Made by a program: the position numbers and the translations under genes. Below, piece after piece: positions 20,201 to 29,938 of a stretch of 64,000 nucleotides of DNA. Within the stretch, counting starts at the first letter, position 1, and every line of letters begins with the position of its first letter. Source of the DNA: Cellvibrionales bacterium (GTDB lineage Bacteria > Pseudomonadota > Gammaproteobacteria > Pseudomonadales > JAHEIH01); contig JAHEIH010000004.1 of NCBI GenBank assembly GCA_024639455.1, forward strand, positions 161,371-225,370. The letters run 5' to 3'. The notes beneath the pieces are model-generated. The model had not been told where the DNA came from, did not search any database, and was given only the letters and a program-made list of their open reading frames with translations.

Positions 20201-20387
20201 CTTCTGCAGAAATTGCATCAACAACACCTGATGAATCGCGTTTTACGTCCATTGCACGCATCAATGAACCGCGAATACCTGTAACTACAACTTCTTCAAC
20301 AGTGTTTTCTTGTGCAACAGCTTGGCCAGCAGCCAAAGTTGAAGTCACGCCAGCAATGACGAGAGAAAGTTTTGTTCTTCGAAACAT
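17241..20387 (-). CDS. TonB-dependent outer-membrane receptor (glycan-type, 1048 aa)
   Basis: Signal peptide, TonB box/plug EEVVVTGIRGSL...DAISAEDMGKFPDTNLAESLQRITGV, C-terminal ...RYSF. Confidence 0.9.
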   Translation of the reverse strand: MFRRTKLSLVIAGVTSTLAAGQAVAQENTVEEVVVTGIRGSLMRAMDVKRDSSGVVDAISAEDMGKFPDTNLAESLQRITGVSIDRVNGEGSQVTVRGFGGGYNMVTLNGRQMPSANVANVTGNSDEAGALGTSRSFDFSNLASEGVQGIQVYKTANAKVVSGGMGATINVQTNRPLEAGDQASVGVKLVNDQSGNKDITPEVSGLFSMANEDNTFGISVFGSYQERSSGAAGVNVSGYQYLDYDPTLGPWANAERVNEPAAGSLVAIPWNIGMNIMDLNRERSNAMVTMQFAPSDRTTITADVLYTQTTQEQTGVVPGIWFNRNYSYVEFDGNPIVATPLALVELHRLPTTDGVPNEGKDYFYANRYDASKDTMQSFGINIRHEFSDRLTVSLDAASSEAESGGNGPNGWAGTRINIASSGSGWQAAYYGDGVPTASVGVLESEGYVDADGSHGAWGNGNGVYDRGDINTQTFITNSSMQKSSIDQFNLDGTYEVDDSLTVDFGAGFLSTEMAQVNSGTTDYLGGWGVGNGDIPDDNQITEICGTCAFGDLQFNGFPNATGIAPDGYVMTILGQQAFTVDAYSFIQYMDAQNDIYPNFSLNNLTSSGGNDNLISEDITSVYVNGKWETEFSGKPVQVNFGVRYEETDVNSATVQVSPTAIIWESNNDFAQSYAGASPAVLDEDYSYSNILPNLDVSVDLTDEMKLRASYGKSIARPGYSDMFVKTGIGSTGGTLTYLGGYPTASKGTAKLDPLESDNFDLSLEYYYGEASYVSAGYFYKKVENFVGTAVVPQSLFGLRDAGAATAGSLSGQALAKLQALGLNVNEDNMFTMSALIQNFGDGNANWAGVGSVDALTATQFSAINTTQVEADYDITPGASDPLYTFNTSQPVNNQAATIDGWEFAVQHFFGDTGFGVSANATMVDGDIGYDVSADPSISQFALLGLSDSANLVLMYEDDALSARVAYNWRDTFLNSTAYAGQAGSPVFVKEFSQIDLNITYNVTDDIVVSLDGINVTGEGQKIYGRTEGMQYWNGEADPRYMLSARYSF

Positions 20388-20513
20388 AATGTTATCTCCG
20401 AATGGTTTTATTTAGAGTTATATGCATGCCTAAGACATGGCTGATTTATTCGCCGCAGCGAAATGCTCTGAATGCACTGAGTCCAATTTGGCCATAATGC
20501 ATCAGCGCACAAA

Positions 20514-20527
20514 TGTAATCGTTTCCA
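20514..20527. promoter_or_regulatory. LacI-type operator TGTAATCGTTTCCA
   Basis: One mismatch. It lies 127 bp upstream of the receptor start. Confidence 0.55.
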
Positions 20528-20634
20528 TGATGGCTGTAAAGATATTGTTGCAGTGTTTTGTATGGTTAGGTGATGGGTTTTTTAAATGTCTTTAAAAACA
20601 ATTGCTTAAAGGTTTTTTGCGAGAGAGGTTTAAT

Positions 20635-20648
20635 TGAAAACGATTACT
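20635..20648. promoter_or_regulatory. LacI-type operator-like site TGAAAACGATTACT
   Basis: Two mismatches. It lies in the same intergenic region, about 250 bp upstream of the receptor start. Confidence 0.4.
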
Positions 20649-20703
20649 CATGAAGGGTTAGATACGGACGAAATGCGAATTTTCGTCCGATATTAGGGAA
20701 CTT

Positions 20704-21942
20704 TTACGAGCGATAGGGTTCTCGGCCAAATCCTTGTACTGGAATGCCCAGCTCAGGGAGCAGTTTTTGTTGGATTGCATACATCGCCGCCGCTGACTCA
20801 TCGATGGCGCGACAGAAGTCGATCGATGCTTGAAGCAATGGGCCAAGTTGAGCCTTGTCTTGAATGCGCGCCGGCGGGTATTCGTGCTCGACAACCAGGT
20901 AGGTGTTAGCCACGTCGATATCCAGCAGTTCGCGTGCCGCCAGTTGGTGATCTAGCCAGTCAACGGTACGGTTTTGCAGGTAGGCCAGTGGGTCGTGTTT
21001 GGCGGTGCCCGGCAGTTCGTGCTCGCAGGTCGCCACTTGCTTCTTCCATGCGTTCAAGTGGTCAGCAGGGTTGTTCGAGGGTTGGCCGTTGATCCAGTCG
21101 CCGCGTTCCATGCTTTGCCCGCCCCAGCCCCAGGCTGAAATACCCTTAGCGTCGGTGACTTGACCTTTAACGTGAAATCCGGCGATCAAGAAGTTGTAGC
21201 CTTCATCCTTTAGGTATTGGAACATCGAGCGAGTATCCTGACCCATTAACACGGCGTGTGACGGGTCGTAGTGAATACGGAATTGGTCGCCAACACCATG
21301 CTTTTCACAGATGCGGTGCAAGGCAATCCAAGGTCCTGGTGCGTAAGCGATGTTGTTGTGCCATAGGTCAGTGGTGTTCCAGCCGGGCATGGGGCATTGC
21401 TCGACGCGATAGGTAAGACCGCGAGCTTTGGCTTCTTTCAATAATGGAATGAATTCCGCTTCAAACATCTCGAGGTTTTGGTCCATTGACAGGTCGGGGT
21501 TGCGGCCGACAAAGCCACACACCGCGTCGGTGCCCATCATGACGGCGGCGTCAAACACGCGAAGCATGAACTCTTTTTTCTTCTCGCGGTTACCGCGGTC
21601 AGCTACCAGCATGTTGTCGAAGTATGCCAGGTCAGACAGGCCGACACCGGTGCTGTGCATGGCGGCCTGAACGCGCTTGGCGCGTTCTGCATTAAAGGGT
21701 TGTCGCAGATCCAAGGTGTTGGCCACAGGATCCAACATCGCCTCGGCGGGGATATCAGATTCGCTGGGGTGTAGTGCAGCTGCCAATTGAATGTAAGGAC
21801 AGTTCATGTCCGCTGAAAACTGCAGCCACTCCTCAATCGCTAAATCGGGATCTGGGTCGCGCTTTTCGCGCGGAGTGAGTTCTTGTAGCGCCGCTGTCAG
21901 GACGCTCAACTTCATGTGCTGTGGATCGTATGAAATACTCAT
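20704..21942 (-). CDS. xylose-isomerase-like TIM-barrel protein (sugar phosphate isomerase/epimerase superfamily), cytoplasmic, 412 aa
   Basis: Segments such as [14 protein letters not shown] and GFHVKG resemble AP_endonuc_2/TIM-barrel metal sites. No signal peptide. Confidence 0.6.
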   Translation of the reverse strand: MSISYDPQHMKLSVLTAALQELTPREKRDPDPDLAIEEWLQFSADMNCPYIQLAAALHPSESDIPAEAMLDPVANTLDLRQPFNAERAKRVQAAMHSTGVGLSDLAYFDNMLVADRGNREKKKEFMLRVFDAAVMMGTDAVCGFVGRNPDLSMDQNLEMFEAEFIPLLKEAKARGLTYRVEQCPMPGWNTTDLWHNNIAYAPGPWIALHRICEKHGVGDQFRIHYDPSHAVLMGQDTRSMFQYLKDEGYNFLIAGFHVKGQVTDAKGISAWGWGGQSMERGDWINGQPSNNPADHLNAWKKQVATCEHELPGTAKHDPLAYLQNRTVDWLDHQLAARELLDIDVANTYLVVEHEYPPARIQDKAQLGPLLQASIDFCRAIDESAAAMYAIQQKLLPELGIPVQGFGREPYRS

Positions 21943-21951
21943 GCTGCTCTC

Positions 21952-23178
21952 CTATTTTGCGTCGCTGCCAAGGGTTTCGTTTTTAAATACCAGTGCGAAC
22001 AGAACGAATACAGCCGCCGCGAAACCAGCGGGAATCAGCCAAATAGTCTGCCAGTCGTGGCTGCCGCCAACAGTGGTGTAGGCGTCGACGATTTTGCCCG
22101 AAGCGGCAAAGCCGATAAGCATACCGATGCCGTAGGTCGCCAGGGTGATCATGCCTTGAGCGGCACTCTTAATTTTTTCGCCGGCTTTATTGTCAGTGTA
22201 GATTTGGCCGCTGACAAAGAAGAAGTCGTAGCAAATGCCGTGCAGAGCGATACCCATCAACAACAGGAACATGCTGTTGTTGGGGTCGCCGTAGGCGAAG
22301 CTGACATAGCGAACAACCCACGCCAGCATGCCGAATAATAAGGTGGCTTTAATGCCGAAGCGCTTTAAAAAGACAGGCAGCAGCAGCATGAACAGTACTT
22401 CTGACACCTGGCCAATGGTCATTTTGCCAGTGGCATTTTCCACCCCAATTTCAGTTAGGAAGGGGTTAGCGTAGGAATAGTAGAACGCTAGCGGGATGCA
22501 GATCAGTACCGAGGCCAGGAAAAATACCGCGTAGTTACGGTCTTTCAGTAAGGCCAGTGCTTCCAGGCCTAGGATGTCGCTGATGCTCACCGCTTGGCCG
22601 CGCGCTGCAGGTGGCGTGGCAGGCAGGGTGAAGCTGTAGAAGCCAAGTACCACAGACACAATCGCGGTCATGGCGAAGGTGTTGCGCAGCATGCCGTTGG
22701 CAATGCTGCCTTGAGAGTCCCAAGAGAATACATAGCTGATCACCAAGCCGGCAACGATCCAGCCGATGGTGCCCCACAAGCGAATCTTACCGAACTCGCT
22801 GGCGGGGTCTTTCAATTGGTTGAACGATACCGAGTTCACAAGTGCCAGTGTCGGCATGTAGCACAGCATGTAGACGAACAGGTAGGGATAGAAGCTGTTG
22901 AAGTCTGACGAGGTGAAGAGCAGGTACATCAGACCTGCACCGACTAGGTGTAGCACACCTAAAATGCGCTCGGCGTTGAAGTAGCGGTCAGCAATCAGGC
23001 CGATAATAAAGGGCGCGATAATCGCACCCCAGGACTGTGTGCCGTAGGCCATGCCGATTTCGCCGCCGTTGGCTTGCAGGGTGCTGCCCATGAAGGTGCC
23101 CAGGGTAACGAACCACGCGCCCCAAACAAAAAATTGCATAAACATCATTGCGCACAAGCGCACAGTAATCGCGTTCAT
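21952..23178 (-). CDS. MFS transporter, nucleoside:H+ symporter (NHS)-like
   Basis: 12-TM profile. The N-terminus VRLCAMMFMQFFVWGAWFVTLGTFM is typical of NupG/XapB/YegT-like permeases. Confidence 0.7.
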   Translation of the reverse strand: MNAITVRLCAMMFMQFFVWGAWFVTLGTFMGSTLQANGGEIGMAYGTQSWGAIIAPFIIGLIADRYFNAERILGVLHLVGAGLMYLLFTSSDFNSFYPYLFVYMLCYMPTLALVNSVSFNQLKDPASEFGKIRLWGTIGWIVAGLVISYVFSWDSQGSIANGMLRNTFAMTAIVSVVLGFYSFTLPATPPAARGQAVSISDILGLEALALLKDRNYAVFFLASVLICIPLAFYYSYANPFLTEIGVENATGKMTIGQVSEVLFMLLLPVFLKRFGIKATLLFGMLAWVVRYVSFAYGDPNNSMFLLLMGIALHGICYDFFFVSGQIYTDNKAGEKIKSAAQGMITLATYGIGMLIGFAASGKIVDAYTTVGGSHDWQTIWLIPAGFAAAVFVLFALVFKNETLGSDAK

Positions 23179-23204
23179 AGTGTTGTCTCTGTTATTGCTC
23201 TTGT

Positions 23205-24344
<1,140 letters not shown>

Positions 24345-24399
24345 TAGTATTTACCAACTGGTTTTTTGTTTATATTTAGGTCAGTATTTAAACCCAAAA

Positions 24400-24413
24400 T
24401 GTAAACGTTTGCA
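24400..24413. promoter_or_regulatory. LacI-type operator TGTAAACGTTTGCA in a 79-bp divergent intergenic region
   Basis: One mismatch to the consensus. It lies between the Gfo/Idh/MocA start (24344) and the Tat TIM-barrel start (24424). Confidence 0.6.
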
Positions 24414-24423
24414 TAGGTGCAAT

Positions 24424-25263
24424 ATGATAAATATTACAACTTCCCGCCGAGGTCTTTTGAAATCCGCCGCTGCATTTGCAGCTCTCGCTTCCGTTCCCAG
24501 CGTGTTTGCGCACGGCGATCACGCCCGTGTCGGTTTACAGCTATACACGGTGCGCGACCTCGCCAAAGAGGATTTTTTAGGTGCGCTAGAACAAGTGGCG
24601 GCGATTGGCTACAAGGACATGGAATTCGCCGGTTACTTCGGTCACTCGGTGCAAACTCTGCGTCGTCACCTCGATGCGTTGGGTATGGCCGCTCCCTCGG
24701 CACACATTCCTTTGAACGCGTTTCAAGATAATACAGACAAAGTCATTGAAGACGCCCTGGTGATGGGCCATCACTACTTGGTCATGCCCTACCTGACCCA
24801 AGAGCAACGCACAGGCGGTATTGAAACCTATAAACGTCTGGCTGAATTTCTCAACGGCGTGGGTGAAAAATGCCGCGCTAGCGGCATCATGTTGGCCTAC
24901 CACAACCACGACTTTGAATTCCAAGCCGAAGATGGCCAGTTGCCCTACGACGTATTGTTAGAGGTGCCTGCCGACAATATGCTGATGGAGATGGATCTTT
25001 ATTGGACCATTAAGGCAGGCTACGATCCCGTGGCATACTTCGCTAAACACCCTGGTCGCTTCCCGCTGTGGCACGTGAAAGACATGGACGCTGAGGGTAA
25101 CTTTGCTGATGTCGGTACCGGCACCATCGATTTTGAGCGTATCTTTGCACAGCGACAATTAGCGGGTTTGCAGCACGGCTTTGTCGAGCGTGATCGCACC
25201 GACAACTTAGCGCGCACATTGACCCGCAGCTTTGAGGGTGCCAAGCGCTTCATTGAAGGTTAA
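24424..25263 (+). CDS. Tat-exported xylose-isomerase-like TIM-barrel protein (paralogue 1)
   Basis: Twin-arginine signal MINITTSRRGLLKSAAAFAALASVPSVFA. Core segments LQLYTVRD, YHNHDFEF, EMDLYW and WHVKD. The ORF-track start at 24292 was rejected because it overlaps the neighbouring gene and the operator. Confidence 0.8.
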   Translation: MINITTSRRGLLKSAAAFAALASVPSVFAHGDHARVGLQLYTVRDLAKEDFLGALEQVAAIGYKDMEFAGYFGHSVQTLRRHLDALGMAAPSAHIPLNAFQDNTDKVIEDALVMGHHYLVMPYLTQEQRTGGIETYKRLAEFLNGVGEKCRASGIMLAYHNHDFEFQAEDGQLPYDVLLEVPADNMLMEMDLYWTIKAGYDPVAYFAKHPGRFPLWHVKDMDAEGNFADVGTGTIDFERIFAQRQLAGLQHGFVERDRTDNLARTLTRSFEGAKRFIEG

Positions 25264-25274
25264 GCAGAGAACAA

Positions 25275-25297
25275 CGCCGGCACGCCGGCGTTTTTTT
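25275..25297 (+). terminator. rho-independent terminator 25 nt before the GH78 start
   Basis: Stem CGCCGG / CCGGCG with loop CACG, followed by seven T. Confidence 0.8.
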
Positions 25298-25322
25298 ACA
25301 ATAAAAAGAAGAGACAATAGCC

Positions 25323-28300
25323 ATGCTTAAATCCTTTGTTACCGCCCTTGGTGTAACGCTTTTATCCGCACTTATACTGGGATGTGGTGCTAAACCCTCT
25401 CCAACAAAGCTGCAGGTTGTGAATCTTGGTGTCGAAGGACGTGCGGCGCCGTTGGCGGTGGATGTTGCCACGCCGCGCTTTTCTTGGCAGTTGACCAGTA
25501 ATCAGCCCAGCGTGCAGCAGAAGAGCTACCACATCGTTGTCACGCAAGGCAAAAGCGTGGTGTGGGACAGCGGCAATATAGCCTCGAATGCGTCCGTCCA
25601 TGTGCCCTATGCCGGGACGAGTCTTCAGCCTGAACAGGACTACCAGTGGCGCGTGTCGGTGAGTACCAATGTCGGTGATGCCTCGGCGCAGGGGCGTTTT
25701 GTTACGGGGATGATGATGGCGCCGGGCGAGGTCGAGGGTTGGGCTGGCGCGCAGTGGGTCGGTGGTGGAGATAGTGATCTGCCGTTTTATTCGCACGCGT
25801 TGCCAGTGTTCCAGGTGGAGTACAGCGTGCAGCTGCACAATAGCCAACGGGCCTCTTTTGTTTTCGGGGCCAACGATGCCCGGCTACAGGATGCTAGTCA
25901 AAATATTTACCGTATTGCCAGTGGCCATAACGAAAGCTATTTGTCTCTGGCCTTGGATATCGCCCCTTTGCAGCAAGGCAAACTGGCGCAACTACTTGTG
26001 TATCGAGTGGGTTATCACCCGGATGACAGTTCAGATAAACCACTGGCGGTACTCGATGTTCCCTCCGCGGCCATCAATATAGGCAACGCCTATCAGCCCC
26101 ATCACTTTGTCGTGCGTAGCAATGTTTCGCGCTTAGATATTGCCATTACTAACGATGAACAACAGTGGTGGCTGGCTAAGCAGTTGGTGGTGAACCCGGT
26201 GGGGAACAGTCATGACTTTATTGCTTTTCCCCAGTTAGCGGATATCGGTTTTCAGATGTCGCAGGGGCAGGCCGCCACCTTTTCCAACCTGCGTATTAAG
26301 CACTATCGCGCGCCGCAAAGTACCCTTTTTGAAGAGCGCGGTGTCGACAGTATATTTAGCGATGTCGAAGGCGTGTCCTATGCTGCGGGTAAATACCACC
26401 TAGACGGTGAACGCACGGTGATGGCCACCGCCGACCCTAGCCGCAACGCCATGCCGATGTTGCGCCACGCCTTTGCCAGCAAGACTGGTGAGCTGATCAG
26501 TGCACGCCTATTTGCGACCGCGCGAGGTGCGTACGAGATCTACCTCAACGGTGAGCGTTTGGGCGAACAGATGTTTATGCCGGGCTTAACCCAATATAAC
26601 GCCACCCATGAATACCAAACCTTCGATGTGACGTCATTAATAATTGCAGGTGGCGAAAACGTGTTGGCGGCGCAGCTCGCTGAGGGTTGGTGGAGTGGGG
26701 CAATCACCTTCCACACCAATCTGTGGAATTTCTTCGGTGATCGACAATCGCTCATCGCTAAGCTTGTATTGCGCTTTAGTGATGGCAGTGAGCAAGTGAT
26801 AACGACCCAGCCCGATACGTGGCAGTTCTTCAATCAGGGACCGTTGCGCGCCAGTAGTATTTTCCAAGGGGAAGTCTACGACGCGCCAATCGCGGCGGCG
26901 ATGGCCGGGTGGAATGATGTGGGCTTCGACGCTTCAGCTTGGCAGCCAGCTCAGATCGTAGCGGCGCAGGATATCGCGCCATATGTTGAGCCCTTCCCTT
27001 GGTCTGGGCGCACCTTTGCCTTTAATTTTGAAGATTTACATTTCATCGCCCAGCCCGACGAAGGCGTGGATGTCGCCGCTGAACTGACCGCTCAGTCGGT
27101 GGTAAAGGTCGCGCCAGATATATTTATCTACGATTTTGGCCAGAATATGGCGGGCGTACCACAGGTCACCTTGGTTGGCGAGGCGGGCCAACAGATACAA
27201 ATGCGTTTTGCCGAAGTGCTTTACCCTGATCGCCCCGAGCACCCAGGCTTGGCTGGAACCATGATGATGGAAAATATTCGCGCGGCTATGGCGCAGGATA
27301 CCTTCGTGCTTGCCGGCGGCAATGAAGTGTTGCAGCCGCGCTTCACCTACCACGGGTTCCGCTATATGGAGATTAAGGGACTGGAAGAAGCGTTGCCGTT
27401 GGCGCAGGTTAAAGCGCTTTCGCTCAGTTCGGTGAATCAATTAAACGCGAGTTTTAACTCATCCAACGCCAATGTGAATAAGTTGTGGCAAAACATCAGC
27501 TGGTCGTTGCGTTCCAATTTCTTTTCGATTCCTACCGATACCCCTGCCCGCAACGAGCGCATGGGTTGGGGAGGCGACATCAATGTCTTTGCGCGCACGG
27601 CTTTGCATTTAGCGGATGCTGGACCCTTCTTGGCGCGCCATATGACAGCGCTTCGCGATACCCAGCAAGCCGATGGCCGCTTCCCCGATGTAGCACCTGT
27701 GGTGGGGGGCTTTGGTGGGACATTGTGGGGGACTGCTGGTACTGTCATCCCTTGGGAGGTCTACCAACAGACGGGCGATAGCAAGATCCTGCGCGATAAT
27801 TTCGCGGCCATGGCGCGCTACGTCGACTACCTCACGGGTCGCATCGATCCAGCGACCAACATCCTCGACGAAGGTCCATTGGGGGATTGGTTGAGCCCGG
27901 AGGGGTCCAAAAACGATGACACGCTATTCTGGGAAGCCTACTACCTGCATTCACTGCGCATTCTGGCTGATAGCGCGGCTGTTTTGCAGGATGCGGTTAA
28001 TGAGCAGAAGTATCGCGACCTTTTTAGTGCGCGCCTCGCCCATTACCAACGTGTGTATTTTAATGATAAAGGCAAAAGTCGCTCGTCGGGTTTTGCTGGC
28101 ATCATGTTTGGTCAAAAGGACCCAGCTTTGAAGCAGGTCGGCACCCCTATTGATTCACAGGCCTCCTACGCTGTGCCACTGGCCATGTCCCTGTTGCAAG
28201 GTGATATGCAGCGCAAAGCACAGCAGAATCTCCTGGCGGCAGTGAGCAGAAGTAATACCGACGACCTTGGCAAGCAACGTCCTCCTTATTCGCTCATGAC

Positions 28301-28886
28301 CGGCTTCATTGGTACCGCGGTATTACTGCCGTCCTTGTCGGAGGCGGGTTTCGATGAGGCAGCCTATCGATTGTTGCAGCAGGAAGCCTACCCATCGTGG
28401 ATCTACCCTGTGAAAAACGGCGCGACAACGATATGGGAGCGTCTGAACTCATACACCCACGAAGAGGGTTTTGGTGGCAATAATAGTATGAACTCCTTCA
28501 ATCACTACGCTTTTGGTTCGGTAGGGGAGTGGTTGTATCGCTACAGCTTGGGTATCCGTCCATTGACGCCAGGCTATCAGCGCTTCGCCTTGCGGCCTAC
28601 GCCCGACCCCACAGGGCAGATGTCATTTGCTGAAGGGCATGTCGATTCGCCCTATGGGCGTATCGCCTCGCGTTGGGAGGTCTCAGCTAGCGATACGCGC
28701 TACACATTTAACGTGCCAGCGAATACCTCTGCTGAGGTGGCGTTATTAGCAAACCCTGAGCTCACACGAATCAATGGTGAGCGCTTGGTTGAGGCAGGTC
28801 GAGCTTTCGACGCCGAAGCAGGCCGAATCCAATTGACGCTAGGAAGTGGCGAATACTTGATCGAGGTGGCAGAGGCGACCGACTAA
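25323..28886 (+). CDS. glycoside hydrolase family 78 alpha-L-rhamnosidase lipoprotein (1187 aa)
   Basis: Lipobox LILGC. Rhamnosidase N-domain pattern ARGAYEIYLNGERLGEQMFMPGLTQY...AEGWWSG. Catalytic six-hairpin segment IPTDTPARNERMGWGGD, and GFRYMEI. Confidence 0.85.
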   Translation: MLKSFVTALGVTLLSALILGCGAKPSPTKLQVVNLGVEGRAAPLAVDVATPRFSWQLTSNQPSVQQKSYHIVVTQGKSVVWDSGNIASNASVHVPYAGTSLQPEQDYQWRVSVSTNVGDASAQGRFVTGMMMAPGEVEGWAGAQWVGGGDSDLPFYSHALPVFQVEYSVQLHNSQRASFVFGANDARLQDASQNIYRIASGHNESYLSLALDIAPLQQGKLAQLLVYRVGYHPDDSSDKPLAVLDVPSAAINIGNAYQPHHFVVRSNVSRLDIAITNDEQQWWLAKQLVVNPVGNSHDFIAFPQLADIGFQMSQGQAATFSNLRIKHYRAPQSTLFEERGVDSIFSDVEGVSYAAGKYHLDGERTVMATADPSRNAMPMLRHAFASKTGELISARLFATARGAYEIYLNGERLGEQMFMPGLTQYNATHEYQTFDVTSLIIAGGENVLAAQLAEGWWSGAITFHTNLWNFFGDRQSLIAKLVLRFSDGSEQVITTQPDTWQFFNQGPLRASSIFQGEVYDAPIAAAMAGWNDVGFDASAWQPAQIVAAQDIAPYVEPFPWSGRTFAFNFEDLHFIAQPDEGVDVAAELTAQSVVKVAPDIFIYDFGQNMAGVPQVTLVGEAGQQIQMRFAEVLYPDRPEHPGLAGTMMMENIRAAMAQDTFVLAGGNEVLQPRFTYHGFRYMEIKGLEEALPLAQVKALSLSSVNQLNASFNSSNANVNKLWQNISWSLRSNFFSIPTDTPARNERMGWGGDINVFARTALHLADAGPFLARHMTALRDTQQADGRFPDVAPVVGGFGGTLWGTAGTVIPWEVYQQTGDSKILRDNFAAMARYVDYLTGRIDPATNILDEGPLGDWLSPEGSKNDDTLFWEAYYLHSLRILADSAAVLQDAVNEQKYRDLFSARLAHYQRVYFNDKGKSRSSGFAGIMFGQKDPALKQVGTPIDSQASYAVPLAMSLLQGDMQRKAQQNLLAAVSRSNTDDLGKQRPPYSLMTGFIGTAVLLPSLSEAGFDEAAYRLLQQEAYPSWIYPVKNGATTIWERLNSYTHEEGFGGNNSMNSFNHYAFGSVGEWLYRYSLGIRPLTPGYQRFALRPTPDPTGQMSFAEGHVDSPYGRIASRWEVSASDTRYTFNVPANTSAEVALLANPELTRINGERLVEAGRAFDAEAGRIQLTLGSGEYLIEVAEATD

Positions 28887-28905
28887 TCTTACTTGCGATT
28901 AGAGG

Positions 28906-28921
28906 TGTAACCGATTACATT
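28906..28921. promoter_or_regulatory. LacI-type operator TGTAACCGATTACATT
   Basis: Perfect match to the consensus core. It is the exact reverse complement of 2304-2319 and lies 64 bp upstream of the 28985 start. Confidence 0.65.
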
Positions 28922-28984
28922 CGAGGCCAATTAAAATAATGAATGTTCAGCATCTCTAATCACTGGTTAGCTAAGGATCTCGCT

Positions 28985-29935
28985 ATGAATCGTCGTCAAT
29001 TTCTTCAATCGACTGCTGTGATGGCAGCGGCCACAACTGCGCCCACGATGGCTATGCACCACGCTAAAGGCTGTGGCACGGCCAAAAACACCTATGGCGT
29101 GCAAGCTTGGATGGTGCGTGACGCATTGGCTAAAAGTGTACCCGACACCCTGGCGGCGCTGGAAAGCGTCGGCATTACCGAGATGGAATTGTTTGGTTTT
29201 GGCGCGCAAGGATTTGAATCAGACAAGCCGCTGTTCAATATGAGTGTTGACGATCTGGTCGCGGCGCGCGATGCCAGCAAGGTGCGCTTCCCTGTTGGTC
29301 ACCTCAATGGCCCTGTCGCCGATCTGGCGCGTGCGGCTAGCATTGCCAAACGCTTGGGGTGCCACACCCTGATCGAGTCGATGGCGCAGGAATTATTGAG
29401 CTTTGAAAACGGCGTGCCCCGTTTGACGACGCCCAAAACACTGGCTGAGGTGGATGCCATTGCCGACCGTTTAAATGGTTTGGGTAAGCAGTACGCCGAG
29501 CACGGTCTGCAGTTTGCATACCACAATCACCATATGGAGTTTGCTGAGGTGGAAGGCCAAGTGATGTACCACTATTTAATGTCTAAAACCGATCCCGAGT
29601 TGGTGAAGGTGGAGCTCGACTTAGGTTGGGCGGCGGCGGCCGGCCAAGATCCTGTGGCGTTAATTGTGCAATATGGCGACCGCTTGGTTTCGACCCATAT
29701 GAAGGACTACGATCCCTCAATCCCCATGCCTGAAAACCCCAGTGCGCAAATTTTAATTCCTGAAATGGTGCGTTTGAAACCACCCGGTGAGGGCAAGTCT
29801 GACTTTGTCGGTATCGTGCGCGAACTCAACCGTTTAGGCGTTAAGCACCGTTTTATCGAAGTCGATTACACTGAAGCGCCGATCAAAGATTTGGCGACGG
29901 GCTACTGCAACCTTAGCCACATCGATCGCGCCTAA
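28985..29935 (+). CDS. Tat-exported xylose-isomerase-like TIM-barrel protein (paralogue 2)
   Basis: Twin-arginine signal MNRRQFLQSTAVMAAATTAPTMA preceded by AAGGA. Core segments VQAWMVRD, YHNHHMEF, ELDLGW and THMKD parallel those of paralogue 1. Confidence 0.8.
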   Translation: MNRRQFLQSTAVMAAATTAPTMAMHHAKGCGTAKNTYGVQAWMVRDALAKSVPDTLAALESVGITEMELFGFGAQGFESDKPLFNMSVDDLVAARDASKVRFPVGHLNGPVADLARAASIAKRLGCHTLIESMAQELLSFENGVPRLTTPKTLAEVDAIADRLNGLGKQYAEHGLQFAYHNHHMEFAEVEGQVMYHYLMSKTDPELVKVELDLGWAAAAGQDPVALIVQYGDRLVSTHMKDYDPSIPMPENPSAQILIPEMVRLKPPGEGKSDFVGIVRELNRLGVKHRFIEVDYTEAPIKDLATGYCNLSHIDRA

Positions 29936-29938
29936 ATC

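Noticed and set aside
20388-20703. Possible riboswitch (cobalamin, TPP and the like) in the long leader of the TonB-dependent receptor
   Set aside because: I recognised no conserved riboswitch core elements. The region carries two LacI-type palindromes instead, and the receptor is of the large glycan type rather than the BtuB type.
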